64,000 nt of DNA from a virus: the IMG/VR virus record IMGVR_UViG_3300012944_000006; one strand, 5' to 3'. The notes beneath the pieces are model-generated. The model was not told the origin of the DNA and made no database searches. It saw nothing but the letters and a program-made list of their open reading frames with translations. Shown here piece after piece: positions 25,220-33,908 of the stretch. Position numbers and translations under genes: made by a program. The stretch's first letter is position 1. Each line of letters starts with the position of its first letter.

Positions 25220-26724
25220 GTAATCTGTTCTACAAACCGGAATTCCTCAAAGATTATGTCAGCGGTGGACCTAAGCAAGATCGTTGGGCGGAGATCCTTC
25301 CTAAGGATACAAGAGAACTCTGGACAAGTAAGTTCTTGAACTTTAAGAACGATGAATTCAAACCTAATGCTAATCATAGGTTGCTCAACAACTTTATGAT
25401 TGGTTCTGATCCTGAGTTTGTTTTTGTACACGGAGGAGACAGACATAAAACTTCTGCTATAGCAGTAGGTCTCAAAGTAGGGTTGGCTGCTGGAGCTGAT
25501 CAGAATGAACGACTTGGAGAACTGAGACCATATCCTTCTACCTATGTAGCCGAGCATTTGGCTTCCATCCTTGTGACTCTTCGTTGGATGTATCTGGTTA
25601 ATTCGGCATCATCCTCTTTTAATTGGAGAGCTGGAGCTTGGTATGATGCTGATGGTATCGGAGGTCATATTCATTTCGGGCGTAAGCGTCCCAATCGAAT
25701 CGAAGAGATACGTGGTTTGAATGGTTTGGCGTTGATGTTGGCTCGGCTTGGTTTGTTTCCAATGACTGAGTGGCATACTAGAATGGGTGGAGATTCTAGG
25801 GGTCAACTTTATGGGCGCTTTGGGGATATTCGGACTCAGCTTCATGGATATGAATATCGAACGCTACCATCGTGGTTGAATTCTCCAATAATTGCCTATA
25901 TATGTCTGGCAGCCAGCAAACTTGTGATCTTTGATCCAGATGTTACAATTCCCTGGGCGGACATTATTGAGAAAGACGAAAATCCGTTAGTTCGATTGCG
26001 AGGGTTGGCGAAGCTTTACAAGGGGCGGGATGATGACGCAGCAATTCTTTATCACATTTTAGGACAACCTAATCGGTGGACTGGTGATCCTGTGTCTCGT
26101 AGCTTTAAGGCAGCTTGGGGTATTCCAACAGCTGAGATGCTGGCGGTTACTGGATTTGAACATTACATTCTGCCTGATTCTATCGAACCTACAAAAACGG
26201 AAGTTGTTGAAATTGAAGACCATCTTCTTCAAGAGCGTCCTTTGACATTCTCACAACCAGTTCCTAATTTTGTATACACAATTCCGCCAACCTATACTTG
26301 GTTGCCGAGTGTGATTCAACCCGCTCGTAGGGCTGGTTTTGGGGACTTGATTCATAATGTTGTGACGGGTAAAGGTGTTCCAAATCTCAGGATTGAGTAT
26401 CTCGCAGATCAACAGAAAGTTGCTGTAAGTCCTAGAATGTGGGTTTATTGGAATATTAAGGAAAGAGAATACTTTCAAAACGAGATTGAAGGTAAGATTG
26501 AGAATGCTTGGGATGGATACGTCGTTGGTTTTCCTAGAACTTGGTGTATTCCTCCTGGGATTAAGAAGGCCAGACATTTCCTGTTTGATTCTGGTCTCCT
26601 ACCCGCATGGCGGGTAAAGGAAGTTCAGGAAGATTCTTTGTTAGCGTGGATCCATCTCCATTCCGATAAGAAAACAACTAAAAAGATTATTAAGACGTAC
26701 CATAAAAGCGGGAGAAATCTATAA
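25216..26724 (+). CDS. COOH-NH2 ligase (amidoligase), paralog 2
   Basis: IGSDPEFVFV ... IGGHIHFGRK ... GYEYRTLPSWL; ATGA coupling upstream. Confidence 0.7.
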   Translation: MSNLFYKPEFLKDYVSGGPKQDRWAEILPKDTRELWTSKFLNFKNDEFKPNANHRLLNNFMIGSDPEFVFVHGGDRHKTSAIAVGLKVGLAAGADQNERLGELRPYPSTYVAEHLASILVTLRWMYLVNSASSSFNWRAGAWYDADGIGGHIHFGRKRPNRIEEIRGLNGLALMLARLGLFPMTEWHTRMGGDSRGQLYGRFGDIRTQLHGYEYRTLPSWLNSPIIAYICLAASKLVIFDPDVTIPWADIIEKDENPLVRLRGLAKLYKGRDDDAAILYHILGQPNRWTGDPVSRSFKAAWGIPTAEMLAVTGFEHYILPDSIEPTKTEVVEIEDHLLQERPLTFSQPVPNFVYTIPPTYTWLPSVIQPARRAGFGDLIHNVVTGKGVPNLRIEYLADQQKVAVSPRMWVYWNIKEREYFQNEIEGKIENAWDGYVVGFPRTWCIPPGIKKARHFLFDSGLLPAWRVKEVQEDSLLAWIHLHSDKKTTKKIIKTYHKSGRNL

Positions 26725-27743
26725 TGTGTGGAATCGCAGGCATTAAAAGAATGGGCAATGAGCCAATAACTGTAGAAGAAATCTGTATTCTTTTATGCTC
26801 GTTGGAGCATCGTGGGAACCATGCGACAGGAATTGCTGTTGAAAACAATGGAGATATACACGTCTGCAAGAAAGATGTCCCCGCTTGGTCTTTCACGGCC
26901 AGTGATGAGTTCAAGGGATTTGTAGGGGAACATCTGAACGACGGCACGAATACGGTCCTATTGCATACCCGAGCTGCTACAAAGGGTGCGCCATACAAGA
27001 ATGAGAACAATCATCCGATGTATGCTGGAGAAACGGCTGTTGTTCACAATGGAGGTATCCGAAACGATGACTTTATATTCCGTAATCTATCCTTAAAGCG
27101 GAGTTGTGAGACGGACTCGGACATCATTCGAGCCATCCTTGATAAAGAAGGTCTTACTCGCAAGGGTGTTCGAGAATTGGAGAAGCTAGATGGTTCAATG
27201 GCAATAGCAGCCGTTCATCCAGATGCTCCTGAATATGTTCTCTTGGCTCGAAGCGGTAATCCTCTGATCATTGGAACCACAAACTTTAAGATCTATTGGG
27301 CTTCAGAACAACAAGCAATTCAAAAGGCAGTTCGTCCTTGGACTAAGAGATTTGGGCTTTGGTCTAGAGCTTCCAGCAGTGGTGATATCGTATACACTGC
27401 TATGCCAGATAATACAGCCTATCTGATGGGACCAGAGGGTCTGGATTGGAAGCAAGAAGTTAAGATCTGTGCTCAATTCCACGCTCCGATGTATCGAATG
27501 CACGAGAGTTATTTCACAAAGACTTCCAACTGGCGAGCAGAACGTCGGAGGCAGGCAGGTAAGACAGGAGAAGAACCTAAGAATCTCAGTCGGTATGCTG
27601 AGGTTGATAAGGCGGCATGGTGCGCTCTTTGCCCTTCTTGCAAAAAAGGCGTCACTAAAACCAATGTAATAAAGCCTTGGCGGAAATACAAATGTTCTAA
27701 TTGCAAAGCATCGCTTGCAGCACTTGATCAAAAACCAAACTAA
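26724..27743 (+). CDS. class-II (Ntn) glutamine amidotransferase with C-terminal zinc ribbon
   Basis: MCGIAGI (Cys2 nucleophile), LEHRGNHATGIA, HTRAATKG..NNHP, VHNGGIRN; CALCPSC...CSNC tail; TAATG coupling. Confidence 0.85.
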   Translation: MCGIAGIKRMGNEPITVEEICILLCSLEHRGNHATGIAVENNGDIHVCKKDVPAWSFTASDEFKGFVGEHLNDGTNTVLLHTRAATKGAPYKNENNHPMYAGETAVVHNGGIRNDDFIFRNLSLKRSCETDSDIIRAILDKEGLTRKGVRELEKLDGSMAIAAVHPDAPEYVLLARSGNPLIIGTTNFKIYWASEQQAIQKAVRPWTKRFGLWSRASSSGDIVYTAMPDNTAYLMGPEGLDWKQEVKICAQFHAPMYRMHESYFTKTSNWRAERRRQAGKTGEEPKNLSRYAEVDKAAWCALCPSCKKGVTKTNVIKPWRKYKCSNCKASLAALDQKPN

Positions 27744-27753
27744 AGGAGCAAAC

Positions 27754-28500
27754 ATGCGGTTCATTATTGCTAGGGGGGCTGGTCCTACCGGAACTCTTTT
27801 GCAAGAGCTTGTTCTTGCACAGATGAAAGAAGATAAAGTCCGAGACCGAGATTGTATCATTTGTTATGGTGCAGGTAGATTGGAGACACAAACTCCTACA
27901 TTGAACGCTCATTGTTCTGATATGACCAAGTTAGAACAAGCGGTTCGTTTGCAAGAACAGATGCCTGAAGAATCTTTGGCTGTATTTCGGCCAGATCAAC
28001 TAGAGGGGGTTAGATGGCCTGGTGGGGTTTTCTTGGGACGGAAGACACAGCATACTCAGGGCAAGGATATTCGAATTATCCTAGAGCCCTGGCAAGTGAC
28101 TGCGGCGGTACAAGCAGGGACGACTTTCTTCACAAGGTATGTGTCATCAGAACGAGAGTTCCGAGTTTGGGTTTATCGGAACAGGCATCTGGGAACCTAT
28201 GAGAAGGCTCTCACACGTCCAGCGGAGTTTAAAACTATCGGTCGAAATTATCACAATGGTTTCTCATTCCAGCGTATCGAGTCGAATAATGTGCCGGAAG
28301 CTCTCAAGGTAATCGCAAAGGACGCAATTCGATATTTGGATTTGGATTTTGGGGCTGTCGATGTTCTAGGAACTGCTGAGGGATACAAGGTTCTGGAGGT
28401 GAACTCAGCTCCGGGTGTACAAGATGATCGTAGAGCTGTGATTCAGGGGTTGGCCCATCGCATCGTTAGGTGGATGGCGAATGACTGTCCGGGGAGGTAG
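27754..28500 (+). CDS. ATP-grasp ligase (RimK-like)
   Basis: GRKTQHTQGKDI, SEREFRVWVY, DLDFGAVDVLG..GYKVLEVNSAPG; aaggag RBS. Confidence 0.75.
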   Translation: MRFIIARGAGPTGTLLQELVLAQMKEDKVRDRDCIICYGAGRLETQTPTLNAHCSDMTKLEQAVRLQEQMPEESLAVFRPDQLEGVRWPGGVFLGRKTQHTQGKDIRIILEPWQVTAAVQAGTTFFTRYVSSEREFRVWVYRNRHLGTYEKALTRPAEFKTIGRNYHNGFSFQRIESNNVPEALKVIAKDAIRYLDLDFGAVDVLGTAEGYKVLEVNSAPGVQDDRRAVIQGLAHRIVRWMANDCPGR

Positions 28501-28504
28501 ATAA

Positions 28505-28843
28505 GTGGCAGTAAGAAAATACTACGCCTATTGTGATAATCGTAATTGGTATTATGGGGCAGCAAGTTTCTACCGCTTGAAAGATAAGGTAGATGCTTAC
28601 ATAGCGGAAAGGCCAGGACCCGCATATGCGACAACTCGCGCACGATATAATACGTTGGTTGAAACGTGTACCAAGCTCTCATGGCGCAAAAAACTGCCGC
28701 GATATTGGGCACTCTACAAGAACTACGTTGGAACTGACACACGGGGATTTCTCAAAGAATATCCCATACGAAACAAAAAAGAGTTCAAAGCCTCTGAGTA
28801 TCGTGCCCTCATCTCCGTCGGAAAGTATGACTCACGTGCCTAA
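28505..28843 (+). CDS. hypothetical Tyr/Arg-rich protein
   Basis: GTG start after ggaggt RBS. Confidence 0.5.
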   Translation: MAVRKYYAYCDNRNWYYGAASFYRLKDKVDAYIAERPGPAYATTRARYNTLVETCTKLSWRKKLPRYWALYKNYVGTDTRGFLKEYPIRNKKEFKASEYRALISVGKYDSRA

Positions 28844-29201
28844 CACAGAGTATAATCACAATACGGGGCGACTGCTTATTACTACTATAGATTTTATAAA
28901 GGATAAAGTCCTTTGTTCTCGACATGGTTGGCAACAGGGATGGTGGTTTGAATACAGACCAGGCAACCGATCTTTAACATGTCCTAGTTGTCTGGAGAAT
29001 GAGATTAAGACTACATTCATTCCTGCTACGGAGATCCTAGAACCAGAAGAATCTAAGGATGCGGTTGAAGCATGTGCTTATTGTCCGGCTAAGCACGATA
29101 CTAAATGCATCGAGTGTGGTCAGTACATCTGTAAGGATCACTCCAGATGGAAGGGGATGCTGTGTCTAGATTGTGAAGTGTCAAGAGAAGCCCTCCTTTG
29201 A
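28827..29201 (+). CDS. Cys-rich (B-box-like) zinc-finger protein
   Basis: Trimmed to the ATG at 28827; CPSC...CAYC...CIECGQYIC..H...CLDC; stop overlaps the sigma-factor start (TTGA). Confidence 0.5.
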   Translation: MTHVPNTEYNHNTGRLLITTIDFIKDKVLCSRHGWQQGWWFEYRPGNRSLTCPSCLENEIKTTFIPATEILEPEESKDAVEACAYCPAKHDTKCIECGQYICKDHSRWKGMLCLDCEVSREALL

Positions 29202-29743
29202 ACACCAGGCTTAAGTCCCCCTCAAGGGAGAACTATGAGAACTGGCTTTATGATCAGTATAGGAAAGCCACGGAAGATGAACGTCCAGAGATCTTTCGTA
29301 GGCTCTTTAAGGTTCTAACTGTTCACGCATCTCGGGTTATCTATATGATTCTTCGGTCTTTACAAGAGGATATGGCTGAAGAGTTAGCTCAGGATGCGTT
29401 ATTAGAGATCGACAGCTTTCAAGGTGACAGTCTGTTCTCTACGTGGTTCCATGCTAGAGTGAAATATCATTGCTACAATGTTCGTCGTTCGTTGCGGTCT
29501 AGAAACACAACTTACTTATCTCAAACAAAGGACACCAGCGCGATTGATGCCGTTGAGACAAGGGTTATATTGCAAGAGTTAATGAGGGATTGGTCTGACA
29601 CAGAGCGTAAGGTTGTAGACTACGTTCTTGAGGGATACACAGTTCGAGAAATTGCGGACATCTTAGGCATTTCGGCAATGACAGTATCAAGAACTTGGCA
29701 ACGAATCTTGGATAGGATAAGAGAACATGGCACTAGTAAATGA
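29198..29743 (+). CDS. sigma-70 family (ECF-like) sigma factor
   Basis: Region-2-like FRRLFKVL...EELAQDALLEI and region-4 HTH EGYTVREIADILGISAMTVSRTWQRILDRI; only in-frame start is TTG 29198. Confidence 0.75.
   Translation: MNTRLKSPSRENYENWLYDQYRKATEDERPEIFRRLFKVLTVHASRVIYMILRSLQEDMAEELAQDALLEIDSFQGDSLFSTWFHARVKYHCYNVRRSLRSRNTTYLSQTKDTSAIDAVETRVILQELMRDWSDTERKVVDYVLEGYTVREIADILGISAMTVSRTWQRILDRIREHGTSK
29203..29223 (+). promoter_or_regulatory. dispersed motif copy inside the first codons of the sigma-factor ORF
   Basis: caccaggcttaagtccccctc then aagggagaact ATG (out of frame). Confidence 0.4.
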
Positions 29744-30650
29744 CTTTTTGATTGGGGCTGATCCAGAATTTGTATTGTTGAACCCGCCGCATGTAGTGAA
29801 TACCTATGCGAACAATAGGTATCGTGCTATATCTGTGGATTATGGTTATGATCACGGGGGCTATGTTATAGAACCACATCCTGAACCAGCTCTTTCAGTG
29901 CGTCAAGTTGTTAAGAACATTAAGAAGTGTCTGGTTACTGTTGGTAAAGAAAATACTATTGGACATAAGTGGAGGGCCGGGGCCTACATAACAACTCCAG
30001 AACGGGGAATCTCTCTTGGTGGTCATGTCCATGTAGATAGATTAAATCCCACCACAGATCAACTTCGAGCTTATGATACCTTCACAGGCAATTTAGAACG
30101 TCTCGACATCCTCCCCCGTAATGAATCTATTTATCGTAGAGGTCATTCTGCATATGGTAATTGGGGCGATGTCCGATGTGAACATGGGCGACATGAATAT
30201 CGGTCAATGTGCTCGTGGTTGTTTAGTTCTAAAGCTGCAACGTTGTCCATGACAGGAATTAAGTTGGCGGTTGTGGCTCCAGAAACAGTAGAACGGTTGG
30301 ATTCAATAGAGGGGCTTAAGGCCTGGTATGAGAAATTCTATGGGAAGGATGATGATGTAGATTGGATTTTGAACAAAGGATACTTTGATAAAAGTCTGGA
30401 AGCAGTGCCGGATACTGATGTAAAAGAGCCTTGGGGAATTGAAAAGGCTTTGGCCTTGGAGATTAAAAAAAAGCCAGAGCAAGAAAGGTCCCCTTTAAAT
30501 GACATGCAACAGGTGTATCTTGAAGGTCTTCGTCAAAGGAATTTGGCAGAAGAAGCAGTTGTAGCCCGAGCACAAGAATTGGCTAACGCTCGAAGATTGC
30601 GAGAAGAAAGAGTGTATTTAAATGCCGGGATTGATTGGGGGAATTTTTAA
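29727..30650 (+). CDS. COOH-NH2 ligase (amidoligase), paralog 3 (minimal)
   Basis: IGADPEFVLL ... LGGHVHVDR ... RHEYRSMCSWL. Confidence 0.7.
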   Translation: MALVNDFLIGADPEFVLLNPPHVVNTYANNRYRAISVDYGYDHGGYVIEPHPEPALSVRQVVKNIKKCLVTVGKENTIGHKWRAGAYITTPERGISLGGHVHVDRLNPTTDQLRAYDTFTGNLERLDILPRNESIYRRGHSAYGNWGDVRCEHGRHEYRSMCSWLFSSKAATLSMTGIKLAVVAPETVERLDSIEGLKAWYEKFYGKDDDVDWILNKGYFDKSLEAVPDTDVKEPWGIEKALALEIKKKPEQERSPLNDMQQVYLEGLRQRNLAEEAVVARAQELANARRLREERVYLNAGIDWGNF

Positions 30651-30728
30651 CGATTCTTACACAAATAACAACTATTAAAATCCTGCCTGTTACAAAACAA
30701 TAAGAAAATACACAAATAGGTGAAATAG

Positions 30729-31004
30729 ATGAAACAATTACCTCTGCCTAAGGGCAAGGCTGTACAACTTTATTGGGTTGATTCTGCTATAAAACACGGA
30801 TGGCAACATCTTAATCAGGATAATTATGGAGTTGAAACAGTCTCGTCGATGGGCTATGTGGTTGAATCCAAACCCGAGCATCTCACTCTGACCTGTAGCA
30901 TATCTGCTAGTGATGGCGTCATCGCGCCACTTTCTATTCCTTGGGAAGCAATCGTAGATATTCAATTATTGCCGGATGAATGGGACTCAGAAAAGACTCC
31001 CTAG
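30729..31004 (+). CDS. hypothetical protein
   Basis: 91-aa ORF after an AT-rich 78-nt gap; aggtga RBS. Confidence 0.55.
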   Translation: MKQLPLPKGKAVQLYWVDSAIKHGWQHLNQDNYGVETVSSMGYVVESKPEHLTLTCSISASDGVIAPLSIPWEAIVDIQLLPDEWDSEKTP

Positions 31005-31751
31005 TTGGAATTTGATAGATCACTTTTAACATTTAATCCTAAAAATCATGGACACTATTACAATGGACAACGACTCCTTGGAGTTACAACAGCGCTTGGC
31101 ATCATCTCTAAGGGAGATGCTCTGGTCCAATGGTCAGCAAATCAAGCAGTTGAGTATCTTCGACTTAACTTGGTTGGGGAAATCACTGCTGAGGAGCTTG
31201 ATAAACAATTTAGCAATGCTAAGCGACACTGGCGCGACGTTAAGCAAGAGGCGGCTGACATTGGTACGCTTGCTCACAATTGGATTGAAAGACATCTCAG
31301 AGGAGAAGCTCCCAATCTCTTGCCAGAAAATGAGTATGCCAAGAGATCCTGTGAAGCCGCCGTCAAATGGATTGAACTACATAGATGGCGAACAGTTTCA
31401 ATCGAACAACAAGTCTACCTCCCAAAGCTAGGCGTAGCAGGCATTTGCGATTGGTACGCTGAGATTGATGGGGAGCTTGCAGTTCCAGATTGGAAGACTT
31501 CTAAGGATGTTTATTCAATTTATCGTTATCAGACCGCAGCTTATCTGAAGGCGATTGAAGAGGAGACGGGAGAACGTGTAAAGAACCGATGGATCTTGCG
31601 GATTGATAAGTTGACTGGTGAGTTTCACGACGTACTGCTACCACGGAAGGATTTAGCAGCAGACTTCCGCGCTTTTAAGAACGCAGTCGCCCTTTACAAA
31701 AGAGAACGAGAGTTGCAAAAGGTGGATTGGAATGTCAAAGCAACCATATGA
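31005..31751 (+). CDS. PD-(D/E)xK nuclease (RecB/Cas4-like exonuclease)
   Basis: GICDWYAEIDGELAVPDWKTSK ... YRYQTAAYLKA (D..D/ExK..QxxxY layout). Confidence 0.65.
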   Translation: MEFDRSLLTFNPKNHGHYYNGQRLLGVTTALGIISKGDALVQWSANQAVEYLRLNLVGEITAEELDKQFSNAKRHWRDVKQEAADIGTLAHNWIERHLRGEAPNLLPENEYAKRSCEAAVKWIELHRWRTVSIEQQVYLPKLGVAGICDWYAEIDGELAVPDWKTSKDVYSIYRYQTAAYLKAIEEETGERVKNRWILRIDKLTGEFHDVLLPRKDLAADFRAFKNAVALYKRERELQKVDWNVKATI

Positions 31752-31953
31752 AGTAGAATTGATTGTTACTACTCGGCATCTTTATAGTACCTTTGCCTAT
31801 TCTCCAGAAGGTGCTACTGCCGAAGCCGAAGTCATGCTTAATGCTGGCGATAACGGAGAAGTTGTTAGTCGAGACGTAGAGACTGCCGACGCTTACCCGA
31901 TCCAAGATGTTGATTCTACAGAGGATAATATTGACGAGACGGAGGAAGTATAG
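31732..31953 (+). CDS. small highly acidic protein
   Basis: 73 aa, Asp/Glu-rich C-terminus DVDSTEDNIDETEEV. Confidence 0.5.
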   Translation: MSKQPYEVELIVTTRHLYSTFAYSPEGATAEAEVMLNAGDNGEVVSRDVETADAYPIQDVDSTEDNIDETEEV

Positions 31954-32730
31954 GTGGCGGAGATCGTCCTCTCTGTTAGGAGACCTGAAGTACAATTTGT
32001 AAGAGCAGAGATTCAGAAGAAAACAGGATTAGTGTATTGTCTGGATGGCTTGCCTAAGACAGGCAAAACTCGCTTTGCTTTAACGATGCCGGGTCCTATT
32101 GTTATTCACGACTTCAATGCTGGTTTAGATGGTGTGATTGATCCATTCATTGAAGCCGGGAAAGAGATCTATCCTTTTACATATGAGATACCTCTGTCTA
32201 GAGATCTTAGCAAAGACTTTGCAACTAATCTTATGGAGTCTTCGAAGAAGTCTTGGGAGACCTTCGCAGAGAACTTTCTGGCTAGTCTTAAGCACGGGAA
32301 CTCTATCGTTATCGACTTGGGTTCCGAGGCTTGGGAGTTGGTTCGCTTAGCAAGATTCGGTAAGCTGGACAAAGTTATGGCTATTCAGTATGGGGCTGTA
32401 AACGTTGAGTTCAGACAGCTTACACAACGTGCTCTTCGTTCGGGGAAGAACGTGGCCTTCCTTCATAAACTCAAACCAGAGTATAAGAACGATCAGAAAA
32501 CGGGTGAACTAGAGCGTCAGGGTTTCGGGGACATTGGATTCGATGTCGAAGCAACCCTACGTTCTGGCCGTGATCCGAAGATTAAGACAGTGGACCAGTT
32601 CTCAGTTACTATTGAGGAGAACCGTAAGAACTTTAAAGCAAATGGGTTAGCACTAACTGGAGAGAAAGCTACATTCCAAAACATCGCAATGGCAATCTAT
32701 CCAGATTCAAAGGTGGAGGACTGGCAGTGA
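31954..32730 (+). CDS. RecA-like P-loop ATPase (Sak4 / AAA_24-like recombination protein)
   Basis: Walker A GLPKTGKT, Walker B-like SIVIDLGSE; sits between the nuclease and an SSB-like ORF. Confidence 0.55.
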   Translation: MAEIVLSVRRPEVQFVRAEIQKKTGLVYCLDGLPKTGKTRFALTMPGPIVIHDFNAGLDGVIDPFIEAGKEIYPFTYEIPLSRDLSKDFATNLMESSKKSWETFAENFLASLKHGNSIVIDLGSEAWELVRLARFGKLDKVMAIQYGAVNVEFRQLTQRALRSGKNVAFLHKLKPEYKNDQKTGELERQGFGDIGFDVEATLRSGRDPKIKTVDQFSVTIEENRKNFKANGLALTGEKATFQNIAMAIYPDSKVEDWQ

Positions 32731-33113
32731 GTGAAACGGTTTATGTAACAAGGCAGTCGGTGGACTTTGAGTTTCCTACAACAATGGAAGCTCAGGAGGC
32801 TTTGAACATGATGGCGGATGATATTGTAGCAGAAGATGTTACAACGATCATGCATCTAAATGTTCAGTACAATAAGCCTATGATCTCTGTCCGAACGGAG
32901 ATCTTTGCCAATCCTTCAGAGTTCTTTAACTGGGTGAATGATACAGAGGAGGCGTTTGAACAGGTCCACGGTGCGTTTAAACGTTGCAATTTCTTTGTAG
33001 AGGCTAAGACTGTACTCGAAAGTTCCGTGGTGGCGCGTCCAAAAGAAGAGGAAGGATACCTAATGGCTCTCCCCGCAGCTATTGTTGATGAAAATAATTC
33101 GTTCACTAGCTGA
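32727..33113 (+). CDS. hypothetical protein
   Basis: 128-aa ORF, GTG start after ggagga. Confidence 0.5.
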   Translation: MSETVYVTRQSVDFEFPTTMEAQEALNMMADDIVAEDVTTIMHLNVQYNKPMISVRTEIFANPSEFFNWVNDTEEAFEQVHGAFKRCNFFVEAKTVLESSVVARPKEEEGYLMALPAAIVDENNSFTS

Positions 33114-33250
33114 TACAAATAGCCGAGAAATGGTACTTATAGCTGTAAGAAATAGTTAAGGTTGCCGGACTGAATGCGCTACCCGGAAATTAACTAAGCT
33201 TGCAGGGCTTACATGCGTTAAGTGTATCCTAGTAGGCCCTTTAAATTGAA

Positions 33251-33408
33251 AGACCAACAAGAGGGGATTTGAGCCTGGGTAGTTGGTCGTAGAAGCTGAT
33301 TGGGATTTTGTAAATCCGAGCAACGTCTGGAGGGGAGACGACTCGGTGCCTGGTGTCCCTAAGCCACTACGATCATAATAACTATCCAGGCTCAAATCCC
33401 TTTGGTCT
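33251..33408 (+). promoter_or_regulatory. Y-shaped structured RNA element abutting the RBS of 33425
   Basis: 15-bp perfect helix 33264-33278/33386-33400 extended by 33251-33257/33402-33408; inner hairpins ggattt-tgt-aaatcc and gtct-ggagggg-agac. Confidence 0.45.
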
Positions 33409-33424
33409 TGAGTAGGAGGAATGT

Positions 33425-33592
33425 ATGTTGTTGTTTCTAATACAGATAGGGTCGGTTGCTGCTGGAACTGTCATAGTGTATCTTGTACATAGATATGCTT
33501 ACAAGGCAGGATTTGAAGCTGGAGTAAACGCCACAACTTCCTTTTATGAAGGACGGCGTGATGGTATTGTAGCAGATGTGTGGGGAAAATAA
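33425..33592 (+). CDS. 55-aa single-pass membrane protein
   Basis: aggagga RBS; MLLFLIQIGSVAAGTVIVYLV. Confidence 0.5.
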   Translation: MLLFLIQIGSVAAGTVIVYLVHRYAYKAGFEAGVNATTSFYEGRRDGIVADVWGK

Positions 33593-33593
33593 C

Positions 33594-33770
33594 ATGACAT
33601 TTCTTTTAGGTATCGCTTTAACTTTCTTCGGGCCGGGTGGTGGGATTCCTAGTCCCATCGGACAGTCTGTACAAGCCCGTCCTTACGGGATCACAGGTAC
33701 AGATCCCCGGCCTTGCTGTGATTGGAATGGGGCTCATTGTCATTGCCCCGCTAAGGGCACGACCTTTTAA
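33594..33770 (+). CDS. 58-aa hydrophobic/Cys-rich peptide (frame uncertain)
   Basis: MTFLLGIALTFFGPGGG...CCDWNGAHCHC; an alternative frame from GTG 33637 encodes a second TM-like helix. Confidence 0.4.
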   Translation: MTFLLGIALTFFGPGGGIPSPIGQSVQARPYGITGTDPRPCCDWNGAHCHCPAKGTTF

Positions 33771-33908
33771 GCTTTGTTTTGATAGCCCTAGCGAAAGTCA
33801 GGCCTAACCATAACCTTTGGGGGTCGGGTAGTAGGGTGAAGACAGGTCGCCCAATGCTCGGATGGGCGTTATCATCCGGGCAACAATTATTAACTATTGG
33901 AGAATTGA

